A DNA stretch of 64,000 bases from Anaerohalosphaeraceae bacterium (GTDB lineage: Bacteria; Planctomycetota; Phycisphaerae; Sedimentisphaerales; Anaerohalosphaeraceae), in assembly GCA_050309605.1 (NCBI GenBank), contig JBNRMN010000052.1, positions 1-64,000 on the forward strand, in the 5' to 3' direction. Position 1 is the stretch's first letter. Each line of letters opens with the position of its first letter. The position numbers were made by a program, and so were the translations under genes. Below the pieces are notes generated by a model. The model worked only from the letters and a program-made list of their open reading frames with translations, ran no database searches and was not told the DNA's origin. This document shows, piece after piece, positions 53,454-64,000 of this stretch.

Positions 53454-55340
53454 TTATCTTCGTTTCAATTCCGTCAACAAATCCCTGTAGGCATCGCGCT
53501 GTTCCTTGTCGATCCGCCGATATTTCAATACATTATACGAAAACACATGCGGCTTGTAATTTTTATACCACCCATGACAAAGCGCATACGAAACGCGATG
53601 GGAGGTAAACGCCGCCGGATAGTCGTCCATCACCATCCGTTCCATCCGTCGGTACAGTTCCGTTCGCTCCGGGCTGTCGAACATCACCTGAGCCTGCTCA
53701 AGCAGTGTATCATATTCCGGATTGGAATAAAAAAACTTATTTCCGCCGGGAGCAAAATATTTTGATCCAAACAGTTCCAGAAAATCGATCGCGTCCGGCA
53801 TCCCGGCACTGACGCCGCTGGCAAACAACTGCAAATGGCCGTTATTCATTTCCGACAGATAGGTCGGCCAGTCCATATAATCAACATTCAGGCGAAGCCC
53901 GATCCGAGAGATGTATTTCTGCAAAAACTGGCCGTACTGACGGGAAAAATTGTCCGTCCCCGGCATGCCCAGCTTCAGCGGCCCAATAGGGCCGTCGTGA
54001 ATGCGTTCGGCCTCTTTGAGCAGTTCAGCCGCTTCGGCCGGATCATAACGCGAAAACCCGTACTCGGCGATATTGGGATCATAGGAATTTAACCCCGGCG
54101 AGACAAACCCATGGGCAACCTCAAATCGCCCGTTGAACAGCAAATCAATCATGGCCTGACGATCAATCGCACGCGAAATGGCCATACGCAGCGGCTTGTT
54201 CGCCCCCAGAACCGGATCTCTGAGATTAAAGCCCATCCAAAACGTGGACGGATCGACATAGGTTTCCAGCCGGATGTTGCGCTGAATCATTTCCTCGGTC
54301 AGTTCCCCGCCGCCGACGCCGATGGCCTCGTCAAAATTATCCTTGGGAATACCCGAAAAATCCAGCTCGCCCCGCATAAACAGCAGCCAGCGCGGCTGAT
54401 CTTCTTCAATCACGCGAAAGATAATCCGGTCGGCAAAGGGAAGCGGTTGGCCCGCATCATCCAGCAAGCCGGCCTCCGCATCGCCCGATTCCCCCTCGGA
54501 CGGATACACCTGCCCCCGCCAGTTGGCGTTGCGCACCAGTTCGACATAGCTGCCGCGACGCCAGGCCTTGAGCCGATACGGACCGGTCCCCACGGGACGA
54601 TTGCGAATCTGAGCACGATAATAATCGACCGCCTCATGCGGTACCGGCGCTGCGGAGACATCCGAAAGCATGGATTCGACCAACTGCGGCCAGGGACGAA
54701 TCAGTTTGATTTGCAGGGTATAATCGTCCAGTGCCCGAAGCCCTTCGACCTCATAGCTGTAATCAACGGCCCATTCATCGGGAAACTGCTTGGTGTAGTC
54801 GCGAAAGGCATCAAGCCCGACGACGCGATCATTCCATGAGGGCCAGTTTTGACTGCGATATTTGACGTTGGCAATGCGTTTCAGGGCGTACACAAAATCG
54901 TGCGCCGTCACGTGGCGCCCTTTGCCCTCCGGAAAACACGGGTCGTCCTGGTATTGAATCCCTTGCTTGATGCGAATGGTATAAGTCAGCTTATCCTCAC
55001 TGATGTCCGGCATACCGTCAGCCAGCAGCGGAATAATCTCATACGGCCGCTTCAAGTAATGGTACTCATACAGCGGTTCATAGATATTGCCCGCGACCGT
55101 CATTCCATAAACGTCGCGCAAATTGCCGCTGTCCAGCGTCTGAACTTTCGTAACCAGCGACAAATGAAGCACGCTCTGGTCGTCGTCGTGCGGGGTTCTG
55201 TGCCATCCGCAGCCGTAAAACGCCGTACAGACAATCAGCCATACGGCCAAAAGCTTAAACGTCAGCAGCATTGCCGACGCCGAAAAGCACCGCCCTGGCA
55301 AGTTATCGAAATGTCTTCTTGTAACGTTCACGCTTGTCAT
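53454..55340 (-). CDS. ABC transporter substrate-binding lipoprotein, family 5 (OppA-like), copy 1
   Basis: FYGC lipobox, IYEPLYEY, VTAHDFVY, PVGTGPY, LRMAISRAIDR; true start may be downstream. Confidence 0.88.
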   Translation of the reverse strand: MTSVNVTRRHFDNLPGRCFSASAMLLTFKLLAVWLIVCTAFYGCGWHRTPHDDDQSVLHLSLVTKVQTLDSGNLRDVYGMTVAGNIYEPLYEYHYLKRPYEIIPLLADGMPDISEDKLTYTIRIKQGIQYQDDPCFPEGKGRHVTAHDFVYALKRIANVKYRSQNWPSWNDRVVGLDAFRDYTKQFPDEWAVDYSYEVEGLRALDDYTLQIKLIRPWPQLVESMLSDVSAAPVPHEAVDYYRAQIRNRPVGTGPYRLKAWRRGSYVELVRNANWRGQVYPSEGESGDAEAGLLDDAGQPLPFADRIIFRVIEEDQPRWLLFMRGELDFSGIPKDNFDEAIGVGGGELTEEMIQRNIRLETYVDPSTFWMGFNLRDPVLGANKPLRMAISRAIDRQAMIDLLFNGRFEVAHGFVSPGLNSYDPNIAEYGFSRYDPAEAAELLKEAERIHDGPIGPLKLGMPGTDNFSRQYGQFLQKYISRIGLRLNVDYMDWPTYLSEMNNGHLQLFASGVSAGMPDAIDFLELFGSKYFAPGGNKFFYSNPEYDTLLEQAQVMFDSPERTELYRRMERMVMDDYPAAFTSHRVSYALCHGWYKNYKPHVFSYNVLKYRRIDKEQRDAYRDLLTELKRR

Positions 55341-57144
55341 TGTCCACTTGGAAAAATTTCGTCAGACCCATTCCGTTCGTATCGGGTCGATAGGAGTTCG
55401 GCACAATGTTTTCCACCCAGTCATGATGCAGCAGATACGAGATGCGATGATAGACATACGCCGCCGGCAAATCATGGACGACAATCCGCTGCGCCCGGTG
55501 ATACAATGCGGTTCGTTCCGGACTGTCCGGCATCACGGAAATCTGCTCATAAATCGCGTCAAATTCAGGATTGCTGTATTGGGTGCTGTTGGGCCAGGGC
55601 GAATTCTTACTGTAATACACCTGCATAAAATTTTCCGCATCGGGATAATCGGCGATCCATCCGGAAAAAAACATCTGATGGCTGCCGTTGCGCATCCGCT
55701 CCAAAAACGTCGGCCAGTCGAACATCTCCAGTTCCACCGTCAAGCCGATCTGAGCCATACAGCTCTGCAAAAACTGCCCCATCTGGCGAATCGTCGCGTC
55801 GGTGCCGCCCATCGCCAAACGCAACCGTCCCAACGGACCGCCGTGGATCCGCTCGGCCTCCTGTAAATACGTCTTAGCGCGGGCCAAATCCCGCTGCGAT
55901 GAAGAAATGTCTTCAATCGTCGGATCATACCCCTGCATCACCGGCGGAATATAGCCGTGTGCGACCCTGCCGCGACCGTTCAAAAACAATTCGATAAATC
56001 GCTCCCGGTCGATGCTGTAACTAATCGCTTTGCGCAGCGCAAGATTGCCGCCCACTGTCCTGTCGGACATCGTGAAGCCGACCCAAAAGGTATTCGGCTC
56101 ATCAAAGGTCCTCAATTGAATGTTTCGCTCTTTCATCATCTCGGTCATCTCGACGCCCATCGAAATCACCTGGCCGAAATTGTCTTTGGGAATACTGTTA
56201 ATATCCAGCTCGCCCCGAATAAACAGCAGCCAGCGCGGCTGGTCTTCAATGATGACCCGCCAGAAGACGCGATCAATATAAGGCAGACGCCGGGATGTCC
56301 CGTCCTGCTCTGATACAATCCAGTGATAATTCGGATTTCGCTCGGCTTCGATAAAACTGCCCCGCCGCCATCGAACCAGACGGTACGCCCCGGTTCCGAC
56401 GGGATTGGAGCCGATACGCTTGCCGTAATACGCAGCCGCTTCACGCGCGATCGGCGCGGTGGCGGTATATTGAAGCCACATCACCAACTGCGGCCAGGGA
56501 CGCACCAGTCGCACCACCAGCATATAATCATCCTCGGCGTACAGCCCCTCCACGTGCCGGTTGTAATCGACCTGATCCGGCTCGCATTGCTTGGTGTATT
56601 CGCGAAACGCATCCAAACCGACGATCCGCCCGTCAAATATCCACCAGCTTTTACTTCGGTTTTTGACGTTGGCGATGCGCTTCCAGGCAAACACAAAATC
56701 GTGCGCCGTCAGTTCTCGCCCTTGACCGTCCGGAAAACAGGGATTGTCGTGAAAATAGACCCCCTTGCGGACGGGAATGTGGTAAACCAAACCGTCTTCG
56801 CTGATCTGAGGCATATCCGCCGCCAACAGGGGAACCATCCGATACGGACGTTCGGTGTAATCATAATCGTATAAACACTCAAAAATATCCCCCGCAACGG
56901 CATGGGTGACCGCATCCCCCATTTCCGCCGGATCCAGCGTCTGAATACTTTCGCGCAACCGATGATAAATTATCATTTCATCCGTACTGTGCGGACTTGT
57001 GCGGTCACAGCCAAATACAATCATCGCCGCGCCCAAGCTGCACACCCAAGCACCCAGCATCCGAAAAACACGATGCTTCGTGTCGGTAGATTCTGTAGAG
57101 CGGCCTGTTCTGCCGTTATGCTGTCGTACCGTCTTCTTGCTCAT
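55303..57144 (-). CDS. ABC transporter substrate-binding lipoprotein, family 5 (OppA-like), copy 2
   Basis: VFGC lipobox, TLDPA, LTAHDFVF, PVGTGAY, GWIADYPDAENF. Confidence 0.88.
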   Translation of the reverse strand: MSKKTVRQHNGRTGRSTESTDTKHRVFRMLGAWVCSLGAAMIVFGCDRTSPHSTDEMIIYHRLRESIQTLDPAEMGDAVTHAVAGDIFECLYDYDYTERPYRMVPLLAADMPQISEDGLVYHIPVRKGVYFHDNPCFPDGQGRELTAHDFVFAWKRIANVKNRSKSWWIFDGRIVGLDAFREYTKQCEPDQVDYNRHVEGLYAEDDYMLVVRLVRPWPQLVMWLQYTATAPIAREAAAYYGKRIGSNPVGTGAYRLVRWRRGSFIEAERNPNYHWIVSEQDGTSRRLPYIDRVFWRVIIEDQPRWLLFIRGELDINSIPKDNFGQVISMGVEMTEMMKERNIQLRTFDEPNTFWVGFTMSDRTVGGNLALRKAISYSIDRERFIELFLNGRGRVAHGYIPPVMQGYDPTIEDISSSQRDLARAKTYLQEAERIHGGPLGRLRLAMGGTDATIRQMGQFLQSCMAQIGLTVELEMFDWPTFLERMRNGSHQMFFSGWIADYPDAENFMQVYYSKNSPWPNSTQYSNPEFDAIYEQISVMPDSPERTALYHRAQRIVVHDLPAAYVYHRISYLLHHDWVENIVPNSYRPDTNGMGLTKFFQVDNDKRERYKKTFR

Positions 57145-57159
57145 CGGTCAAGCCGATAC

Positions 57160-58269
57160 TCACCTCGCCGGCGGAGGGGGTAACTGGGGCGGAGTATGCC
57201 TGGGGCGCCCCGCGTCGGTTTGTCCATAATTAAACTTCAAACGTGTGGCCAGATGGCCCGGCCCCATATCACTGCCAAAATAGGCCTCAAATTCGCGATC
57301 CAGACCCGATCCGCCGCGCTGAAGAATGCGGATAAACGGGGTTTGCTGCTCCATAATACGGGTTAATACCTGACTGTCCACTTCAGCAATTACAGTGGCC
57401 ACTGCATTGCGCTGATCCTCGGTCAAGGGACTCGGATCGGCCATATAACGCTGGAAAACCAGCGACAACAGCTCCGCAAAACGACGCGCCATCGCCGCAC
57501 GCGCCTCGGATTCCCGTTGATCCAAAATAAGCTGACCCATCGACCGGAGCAATATGGCATCGAACTGCTCGTCATGGACGTTCCAGCTCAGATAGGCGTC
57601 AATCCGGCGCTGCGCAACAGCCATCAGAATATCGCGGGCCGTCTCATGGTTGACCATGGCCGCAAAGGTAACAATCGTTCGCAGAATTTGCGTATCCGAC
57701 TCGTTAGAGACACGCTCACGCAGCGCGTCCAGAATCCTTTCCGTCAGGACTTCATCCCCGATAGACGGATCAGTAAGCTGAACCGCAACCCCCGAACCGG
57801 CCACGCACTTGACCGCCCAATAGCGAAGCACTCCGTCAGGATCATCCAAACGCTCCAGGCCGAACTCTGCAAGCAGAGGGCTGTGCAGTTGAGCCGTCAG
57901 AATCATTAAATTCCGTCGCATCAGCGTCTTTTTCTCGGACGGCTCCCAACGCCCGACCGTCTCAAACGCCTGCTGCAAATGCTGCCGGCCGATCTGCACA
58001 TAACCGGCCGCGTACAGGCTGAGCGGCTCGCTGCCTTTTTCCTGCTGGATCTGACGGCGAATCGCTACAATCTGATCAGATTCCTCAGCCAGCAGCATGG
58101 CATCCAGGGCTATACGCCAAAAATCATTGACAACCGCACGATCCGAATCGCTCATCTGGCCGCCGCTGCTGACCAGCCGCTCACGAACGCTCGCGATTCT
58201 GTCGGTCGGAACCACCGCATATACCGCCGTGATTGCGCAGACCAAGAAAAAGACTATTGTTTGCTTCAT
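57160..58269 (-). CDS. Hypothetical secreted alpha-helical (HEAT-like) protein leading the opp operon
   Basis: Signal peptide; LDDPDGVLRYWAVKC resembles a HEAT repeat; Pro-rich tail; 15-nt gap to the next gene. Confidence 0.7.
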   Translation of the reverse strand: MKQTIVFFLVCAITAVYAVVPTDRIASVRERLVSSGGQMSDSDRAVVNDFWRIALDAMLLAEESDQIVAIRRQIQQEKGSEPLSLYAAGYVQIGRQHLQQAFETVGRWEPSEKKTLMRRNLMILTAQLHSPLLAEFGLERLDDPDGVLRYWAVKCVAGSGVAVQLTDPSIGDEVLTERILDALRERVSNESDTQILRTIVTFAAMVNHETARDILMAVAQRRIDAYLSWNVHDEQFDAILLRSMGQLILDQRESEARAAMARRFAELLSLVFQRYMADPSPLTEDQRNAVATVIAEVDSQVLTRIMEQQTPFIRILQRGGSGLDREFEAYFGSDMGPGHLATRLKFNYGQTDAGRPRHTPPQLPPPPAR

Positions 58270-58347
58270 TATCCCGCCACTTCAAAATAAATAGATCTTC
58301 TACATCGACTATCGGTTCAGCCAAATGCAAAACGTTTACCGCACAAG

Positions 58348-58376
58348 AAGATACCCCCCTGTCCGAGGCCTGTCAA
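58348..58376 (-). promoter_or_regulatory. Sigma70-type promoter for the opp operon
   Basis: Minus strand TTGACA-N17-TATCTT. Confidence 0.6.
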
Positions 58377-58638
58377 GGTAATTCATTTGTATTATAGTGC
58401 GTCATTCGACCAATTTGAAGCCTCGTCGGTACATATAGAGTCCGATAAAAAAAGTCTGTCATTTTTTTATCGCTTTATGAAGCTTTCTTGCCAGACGACG
58501 GTTATTATGACTTCGAAATCCGCCGAAAAAATGGTATAAATAATTTACGGCGAACTTTTCAAAATTCAGAACAGTAGATTTCTTATAACGATATTTTTAC
58601 TCTGAAAAACGCCATAATCGCACATATATGATCGTATC

Positions 58639-59712
58639 ATGACAACGCCTTGGATAAAGACGCGAAACGGACATTTCAGGACCGTGGTGTGGTCAGTCGC
58701 GGCGGTGCTGTTATCACTGGTCGCCCTGACGGAAGTCATCGCCAACGGCGCTGACGCTGCACCTGCTGCCGATCAACAACAGGCGCCATCAGCCGAAAAA
58801 GAAGAGCAAAAAGACCCCAATGCACCAATACCACCCCCTGCTCACCGCGATAACGCCCCATCCGATCCCAACCAGCCGCCGGCCAACGGCCGCATTGAGA
58901 ACGAAAAAGAAGAAGATGATGACGACGACTCAATGTTTCCCGATGCGGAAGATATGGTCGAGCTGTTTGAGCTTTTTAGTCGAATATTCAATGATCAATA
59001 CATCTCCGAGACCGGCTTTGTGGATTACGCCACGCTTCGTCGCAAACGGGCCGATCTGATCAAGGCATCCAATCTGCTCGAAAAGCTGCACCCGGCGGTG
59101 TTGATGAGCCTGGATCGAGAGCAGCGAGTCGCCTTTTGGATCAATACCTACAATACCTGCACGCTGAAATTGATTATCGATAACTACCCCATTCAGCCCA
59201 AGTGGTATATGATTCTGTATCCAAGCAACAGCATTATGCAGATTCCGGGGGCTGCAACGAAGGTCTTTTTTCGAATTATGGGGCTGGAGTATAACCTGAA
59301 AGAAATGCGCAATGACTTGCTTTTGGATCGGTACAGGGACCCGCGGATCTGTTTTGCGTTGACCGAGGCAGCGCGCGGCGGCGCTATCCTGCGCAATGAA
59401 CCGTATCTGCCTGACAAACTTGAAGAGCAGCTGGACGACCAGGTCCATCGCTTTCTCGATTCACCGCAAGGCCTGCGGATCGACCGACAGAATAACGTGC
59501 TCCATCTGTCTCATGTCTTTTCGATGAATAAAAAGGTGTTTCTTGAATCGGAATACGCCGAAATTCTCCGTTTTCGTGCTCGAAAACCCGAAGAACGGGC
59601 CTGGCTCAATTTTCTGTCCAAATACCTGCCCCAAGAGGATGCCCAGTGGCTGGACGCCAACGATCCGGCGATCCGCTTTATTGACTTTGACTGGAACCTC
59701 AATGAAAAATAA
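58639..59712 (+). CDS. DUF547 domain-containing exported protein
   Basis: [40 protein letters not shown]-terminal TM/signal and acidic Pro-rich linker. Confidence 0.8.
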   Translation: MTTPWIKTRNGHFRTVVWSVAAVLLSLVALTEVIANGADAAPAADQQQAPSAEKEEQKDPNAPIPPPAHRDNAPSDPNQPPANGRIENEKEEDDDDDSMFPDAEDMVELFELFSRIFNDQYISETGFVDYATLRRKRADLIKASNLLEKLHPAVLMSLDREQRVAFWINTYNTCTLKLIIDNYPIQPKWYMILYPSNSIMQIPGAATKVFFRIMGLEYNLKEMRNDLLLDRYRDPRICFALTEAARGGAILRNEPYLPDKLEEQLDDQVHRFLDSPQGLRIDRQNNVLHLSHVFSMNKKVFLESEYAEILRFRARKPEERAWLNFLSKYLPQEDAQWLDANDPAIRFIDFDWNLNEK

Positions 59713-59763
59713 CCATCTCACCCGCTGCGCCCTGTGAATTCCCATTTTCTGTATGCTTTTTGT

Positions 59764-59792
59764 TTGACCCCATGAACTGCCGCGGTTATAGT
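59764..59792 (+). promoter_or_regulatory. Sigma70-type promoter for metK
   Basis: TTGACC-N17-TATAGT. Confidence 0.6.
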
Positions 59793-59840
59793 TTATCATT
59801 TATTTTTATTGACGCATATAACCTTTGGGAGTCCAGACAA

Positions 59841-61046
59841 ATGGCGCAAAAGAAAGTTACAGAAAATGGTCGTTTTCATGGTCGCGGCCACTTGTTTACC
59901 AGTGAATCGGTCACCATGGGACATCCGGACAAAGTCGCCGACCAAATATCCGACGCCATCCTGGATGCCATGTTGGAACAGGACCCGGACAGCCGAGTGG
60001 CCTGCGAAACGCTGGTTGCCACCGGAATGGCCGTCATTGCCGGCGAAGTCACCACCAAGGCCGTCGTCAATATTGCCGATGTGGTCCGCACAACCATCAA
60101 AGAAATCGGTTACACCAATCCGCAAATCGGGTTTGACGCCGAGAATTGCGCCGTGATCGTCGCCCTGGGCAAGCAAAGCCCCGACATCTCACAAGGCGTT
60201 ACCGAAGGTCAGGGCCTGCACAAAGAACAAGGCGCCGGCGACCAGGGACTCATGTTCGGCTTTGCCTGCCGGGAAACACCCGCCCTGATGCCAATGCCGA
60301 TTTATCTGGCGCACAAAATTACCAATCGACTGGCATCCATGCGGCAAAACGGCAAGCTGCCCTGGCTCAGGCCGGACGGCAAGAGCCAGGTCACAGTCGA
60401 ATACGGCGACAACGGCAAACCCAAACGCATTCACACTGTCGTTGTCTCCACACAGCACGCCGAAGATATCTCTTATCGCGAGATAAAAAAACAGATCATT
60501 GAAAACATTATCCTGCCCGTGCTGCCGGCCAAACTAGTCGATAAACAATTGATCGTTCACGTCAACCCCACCGGACGATTCGTGACCGGAGGCCCCAAAG
60601 GCGACTGCGGCCTGACCGGACGCAAAATTATCGTCGATACCTACGGCGGACGCGGCAGCCACGGCGGCGGCGCCTTCAGCGGAAAAGACCCCTCCAAGGT
60701 CGATCGCTCGGCCAGTTATATGGCTCGCTACATCGCCAAAAACATCGTCGCAGCCGGGCTTGCCGATGCCTGCGAAGTGCAGCTTTCTTATGCCATCGGC
60801 GTTGCAGAGCCGATCAGCGTATTGGTTGATACCGAAGGAACCGGAAAAATCGACGAGATCGAAATTGAACAGTTGGTGCGCAAGCTTTTCCCGTTGACGC
60901 CCAAGGGAATGATCAATCATCTCAAACTCAAACGTCCTATTTACAAAGAAACCGCCCGCAACGGCCACTTCGGGCGCAACTACAGGGATTTTACGTGGGA
61001 ACAGACCGACATGGCCGACAAACTTCGCAAAGCCGCCGGACTGTAA
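59841..61046 (+). CDS. metK: S-adenosylmethionine synthetase
   Basis: [65 protein letters not shown] before ATG 59841. Confidence 0.98.
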   Translation: MAQKKVTENGRFHGRGHLFTSESVTMGHPDKVADQISDAILDAMLEQDPDSRVACETLVATGMAVIAGEVTTKAVVNIADVVRTTIKEIGYTNPQIGFDAENCAVIVALGKQSPDISQGVTEGQGLHKEQGAGDQGLMFGFACRETPALMPMPIYLAHKITNRLASMRQNGKLPWLRPDGKSQVTVEYGDNGKPKRIHTVVVSTQHAEDISYREIKKQIIENIILPVLPAKLVDKQLIVHVNPTGRFVTGGPKGDCGLTGRKIIVDTYGGRGSHGGGAFSGKDPSKVDRSASYMARYIAKNIVAAGLADACEVQLSYAIGVAEPISVLVDTEGTGKIDEIEIEQLVRKLFPLTPKGMINHLKLKRPIYKETARNGHFGRNYRDFTWEQTDMADKLRKAAGL

Positions 61047-61071
61047 ATTAGAGGCTTTGCAGCCGACGCGA

Positions 61072-62460
61072 TCAGAACGTCCCGTCAAAGATGGCTTTTG
61101 CGATATCGTTAATGGCTTGGCGCGTCGTGGCATTGCCGCCCTGCGTCAAGATGCTAAAGACAATATCGCCGCGCGGGGTTCGACAAATCCCTGAAAATGT
61201 GCGAACGCCGGCGATATAGCCGGTCTTGCCGTAGATGTGCCCGCGATACGGGGCCTGTTGAAAATACCGGGCAAGCGTGCCGTCGTTTCCGGCCTCAGCC
61301 AGCGTGGCCAGATACCGCTCGGCATACGGTTTTTTCAGCATGTCCTCAAGAACGGCGACAAGGACTTGACACGAAAGACGATTCTTGCGACTCAGGCCGC
61401 TGCCGTCGTCGAGTTCAAACTGATCGCTGTCCACGCCGAGCAGATTCAAATAGCGACCAACCAGCATCAGCCCGTGCGGCCATTCGCCATTGATGCGCCC
61501 CTGTGTGTTCTCCGCGGAAATGGTTTTGATCAGGCTCTCGGCGGCCAGGTTCAGACTGTCCTTGTTGCAGCGGTCAAGCACATCCCAGACAGGCGTGGAA
61601 AAGGTGTGCAGCCGCTTTAAATCCGCTTCCTGCCGAACATATTTTTTCACAATCCTGCCGTTGACGGCAATACCGGCCGAGCGAAGATAGCCAACAAGCA
61701 GATGGGCAAATAACCCGGCCGGCTGCTCAACGGCCGCATCAAAACCCGCGGATTGATTAAGATTGCCGCGGATGGAGAGCCGATTGGGCGTCGTCGTACG
61801 ATAGCCCCCGATGGCGCTGTTGCCGCTGTTGATCAATCGAAGCTGATTGATCAGCGTCACATAATCGTTGTCCGGCTCCATTCGCAGCACCGCCCTGCCG
61901 TTTTGCCGCGTCGCCGTGATCCGCACACAGTTGCGATTGTAGTTCAGTCCACTGACTTCGCAGGCGTACGCCTGATTGAGCTGATCAGCCGGCCACGACG
62001 GATGCACACGATTCAAATCGAAGAAAAAACTGTCGATCACAATATCCTGGAGACGGTCAACACCGCGATCGGCCAGAATTCGAACGATTTCCCCAAAAAT
62101 CCAGTCCTGACCGCGGCCATATCGCCGATCAATCAACGAATCACCCAATACCGGATCGCCGCCGCCGATAATGACGAGACTGTCGCCCAGCAAGGCAACG
62201 TGTGTTTGAAATTCGTAATCCGGGCCGAGATAATGCAGCACCGCAGCCGAAGTGGCCAGTTTCATATTCGACGCGGGAATCATCGTCTTTTCGGCGTTTC
62301 GACGATACAGCGTCGTGCCGTCCTCGGCCCGCAACGCCAGAATCGCAAACTCGGCCGTTCGTTGATTGGATCGGCTGATGATTTGCGAAATCGTGTCCGC
62401 TCTTGCCGGCCACTGCACCACCGACAACACAATGAGACCATAGATAAAAAAGGGTTTCAT
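61072..62460 (-). CDS. dacB: D-alanyl-D-alanine carboxypeptidase/endopeptidase (PBP4, peptidase S13)
   Basis: PASNMK (SxxK), SLN (SxN), DGSGLSR, KTG; signal peptide. Confidence 0.92.
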   Translation of the reverse strand: MKPFFIYGLIVLSVVQWPARADTISQIISRSNQRTAEFAILALRAEDGTTLYRRNAEKTMIPASNMKLATSAAVLHYLGPDYEFQTHVALLGDSLVIIGGGDPVLGDSLIDRRYGRGQDWIFGEIVRILADRGVDRLQDIVIDSFFFDLNRVHPSWPADQLNQAYACEVSGLNYNRNCVRITATRQNGRAVLRMEPDNDYVTLINQLRLINSGNSAIGGYRTTTPNRLSIRGNLNQSAGFDAAVEQPAGLFAHLLVGYLRSAGIAVNGRIVKKYVRQEADLKRLHTFSTPVWDVLDRCNKDSLNLAAESLIKTISAENTQGRINGEWPHGLMLVGRYLNLLGVDSDQFELDDGSGLSRKNRLSCQVLVAVLEDMLKKPYAERYLATLAEAGNDGTLARYFQQAPYRGHIYGKTGYIAGVRTFSGICRTPRGDIVFSILTQGGNATTRQAINDIAKAIFDGTF

Positions 62461-62657
62461 AATGCCGTGTTATTTAACACAATCCGTACACCGTTTCAAG
62501 GGGCAACAACCCGTAAAATGGAAAATCATAACCCACGCGGCACACTCCACTGTACACGCTCTGAACCAGATCGCATGGCTTGTTGCCTTTGAAAAGGGCA
62601 AACTGGCCAAAAGGCAAAACGCGATGACGGCCCGTGAACGATGGCCAAAAAGAAATG

Positions 62658-63101
62658 TTAACAACCGCCCAAAACAGGCACCTCAAGATCCGCCAGGAAC
62701 CGGCAGATATGTTGGATGGACTCAATAAATTTTTCGTATTCAATCGGCTTGACAACGTATAGACTGCATCCGAGTTGCTGACATTGCTCCACAGCCTGAC
62801 GATCTCCGGTGGTGGTCAAAACCACGATGGGGATTTTTCGAAGTGTGTCATCGGATTTCAGCCGCCTCAGGACATCCAGACCATCGACTTTAGGCATTCG
62901 AATATCCAGCAGCAACAGCATCGGACGACGGTAATTGTCCGATTCCGGCGACTTGGCATCCTCAAGAAAGTCCAGTATTTCCTGGCCGTCATTGAAACGT
63001 AAAATCGTATTGAGCATACCGCTGCGAATCAGATTCCGCTCAATCAAGGCAAAATGCCCGTCGTCGTCCTCGGCAACAAGAATCAAAGCATCCTTATTCA
63101 T
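62658..63101 (-). CDS. Single-domain response regulator (receiver)
   Basis: ILVAEDD, LLDIRMPKVDG, VVLTT, YVVKP. Confidence 0.93.
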   Translation of the reverse strand: MNKDALILVAEDDDGHFALIERNLIRSGMLNTILRFNDGQEILDFLEDAKSPESDNYRRPMLLLLDIRMPKVDGLDVLRRLKSDDTLRKIPIVVLTTTGDRQAVEQCQQLGCSLYVVKPIEYEKFIESIQHICRFLADLEVPVLGGC

Positions 63102-63381
63102 CGTAGCAGCCCGCCAACCCTTGTTGATTCGCTCTACTCGATGCGAAAAATTAGTTAAATTAAACTTAATACAAGTCGCAACTTATGTCAATGTTTTTAT
63201 AAAAAAACAAAAACAGCCCATACCTGATCTTAATATAAATATATACGCCGCTCACGCAACCGCCAAAAACCAACATCCGACAAAGAAAATTCTGACTTTA
63301 TGTAACTATCATAATATTAATAACTTACGTCAAAATCCTGTACCGGAAAAAAAAGTCTTGTTATTCTTGGCCGGGTGATTA

Positions 63382-63410
63382 TTGACAGCCCCGCGTTCGC
63401 CTGCTATATT
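63382..63410 (+). promoter_or_regulatory. Near-consensus sigma70-type promoter upstream of pyrK
   Basis: TTGACA-N17-TATATT with extended -10 TG. Confidence 0.7.
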
Positions 63411-63476
63411 GGTTACTGAAAAGATGGACAGTAGATTTTTGAGGTGAGAACTTGACGGCTTTCTTTGCCGTGGCGG

Positions 63477-63521
63477 GCTTCCGGAATATCAGTGGATGAA
63501 TGTTCCGGAAGCTTTATTTTT
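63477..63521 (+). terminator. Intrinsic terminator-like hairpin within the pyrK 5' leader
   Basis: GCTTCCGGAATAT / ATGTTCCGGAAGC stem (one G-U) followed by TTTATTTTT. Confidence 0.6.
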
Positions 63522-63548
63522 ACGTAACTTCTTTTTGGACAAAATCTT

Positions 63549-64000
63549 ATGGAAAAAGAGGTTGGCGCCGGACACAAAGGGAGCTTCACGGCCAACGTGC
63601 TGAGCAATCAGCAGATTCGCGAATGCTACTATCGCCTGAATCTAAAGCTTGACCCGATCGGAAGCCGTTTATTTGAAACAGCCAAGCCCGGCCGATTTGT
63701 GGAGATAGATTTGGCCGGACTGCCGCTGCCGCCCGAAGACAAAATTCCCCCCGCCCTGCGCGACGCAGCCCATCGACAAATCCTTCTGCGTCGTCCGTTC
63801 AGTTTTTCAGACGTCATCCTCACCCCCGGCCAGGACGGCCCAAGCGTCAAACTGGAGATCCTCTATTGCGTGCTCGGCCCGGCGACCTTGCGAATGATGA
63901 CGCTGGCCGGCGGCGACACCCTCAACCTAATCGGCCCGCTGGGCAACGGCTTTGCCCTGCCCGACACCCTCAAAAAAGCGGTTTTGATCGCCGGCGGCAT
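63549..64000 (+). CDS. pyrK: Dihydroorotate dehydrogenase electron transfer subunit (partial, runs off the window)
   Basis: Absent from the ORF track. Manual translation MEKEVGAGHKGSFTANVLSNQQIRECYYRL...AKPGRFVEI...LLRRPFS...IGPLGNGF...VLIAGG shows FNR-family FAD/NAD motifs typical of PyrK. Confidence 0.8.
   Translation, partial: MEKEVGAGHKGSFTANVLSNQQIRECYYRLNLKLDPIGSRLFETAKPGRFVEIDLAGLPLPPEDKIPPALRDAAHRQILLRRPFSFSDVILTPGQDGPSVKLEILYCVLGPATLRMMTLAGGDTLNLIGPLGNGFALPDTLKKAVLIAGG

Noticed and set aside
59713..59840. SAM riboswitch before metK
   Set aside because: The leader after the predicted promoter is only about 40 nt and lacks SAM-I/II core motifs

Overview
Bacterial chromosomal window, GC-rich in coding regions with AT-rich intergenic gaps. 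The gene content (PEP-CTERM proteins, a prepilin-type 'FTLIELLVVIA...ADG' protein, C-terminal D-x-N-x-D-C-x-V-D...W motifs, long-form NagB) suggests a Planctomycetota, probably Phycisphaerae/Sedimentisphaerales-like organism; this is inference, not a database result. Positions 1-36 kb form a mostly minus-strand glycan/glycoprotein utilisation region with GntR and AraC regulators. It holds secreted modular proteins sharing two unassigned N-terminal domains on alternative C-termini, a GH33 sialidase, GH2 beta-galactosidase, M60-like and metzincin peptidases, tdh-kbl, a Na+/solute symporter, a HexNAc kinase/nucleotidyltransferase/epimerase set, GH20, NagB-PIG-L and GH109. Together these read like a near-complete mucin-type O-glycoprotein degradation pathway. 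Positions 36-64 kb are mostly housekeeping: polA, dnaA, DJ-1, mlaE, PTS IIA, an S8 peptidase, glmS, an Opp ABC operon, metK, dacB, a receiver protein and partial pyrK. Two clusters of a REP/REPIN-like GNRA-hairpin repeat occur at about 9.9-10.3 kb and 48.4-48.6 kb. I found no rRNA, tRNA, CRISPR or transposase. All family calls come from motif recognition by eye, and several start codons are best guesses from RBS position.
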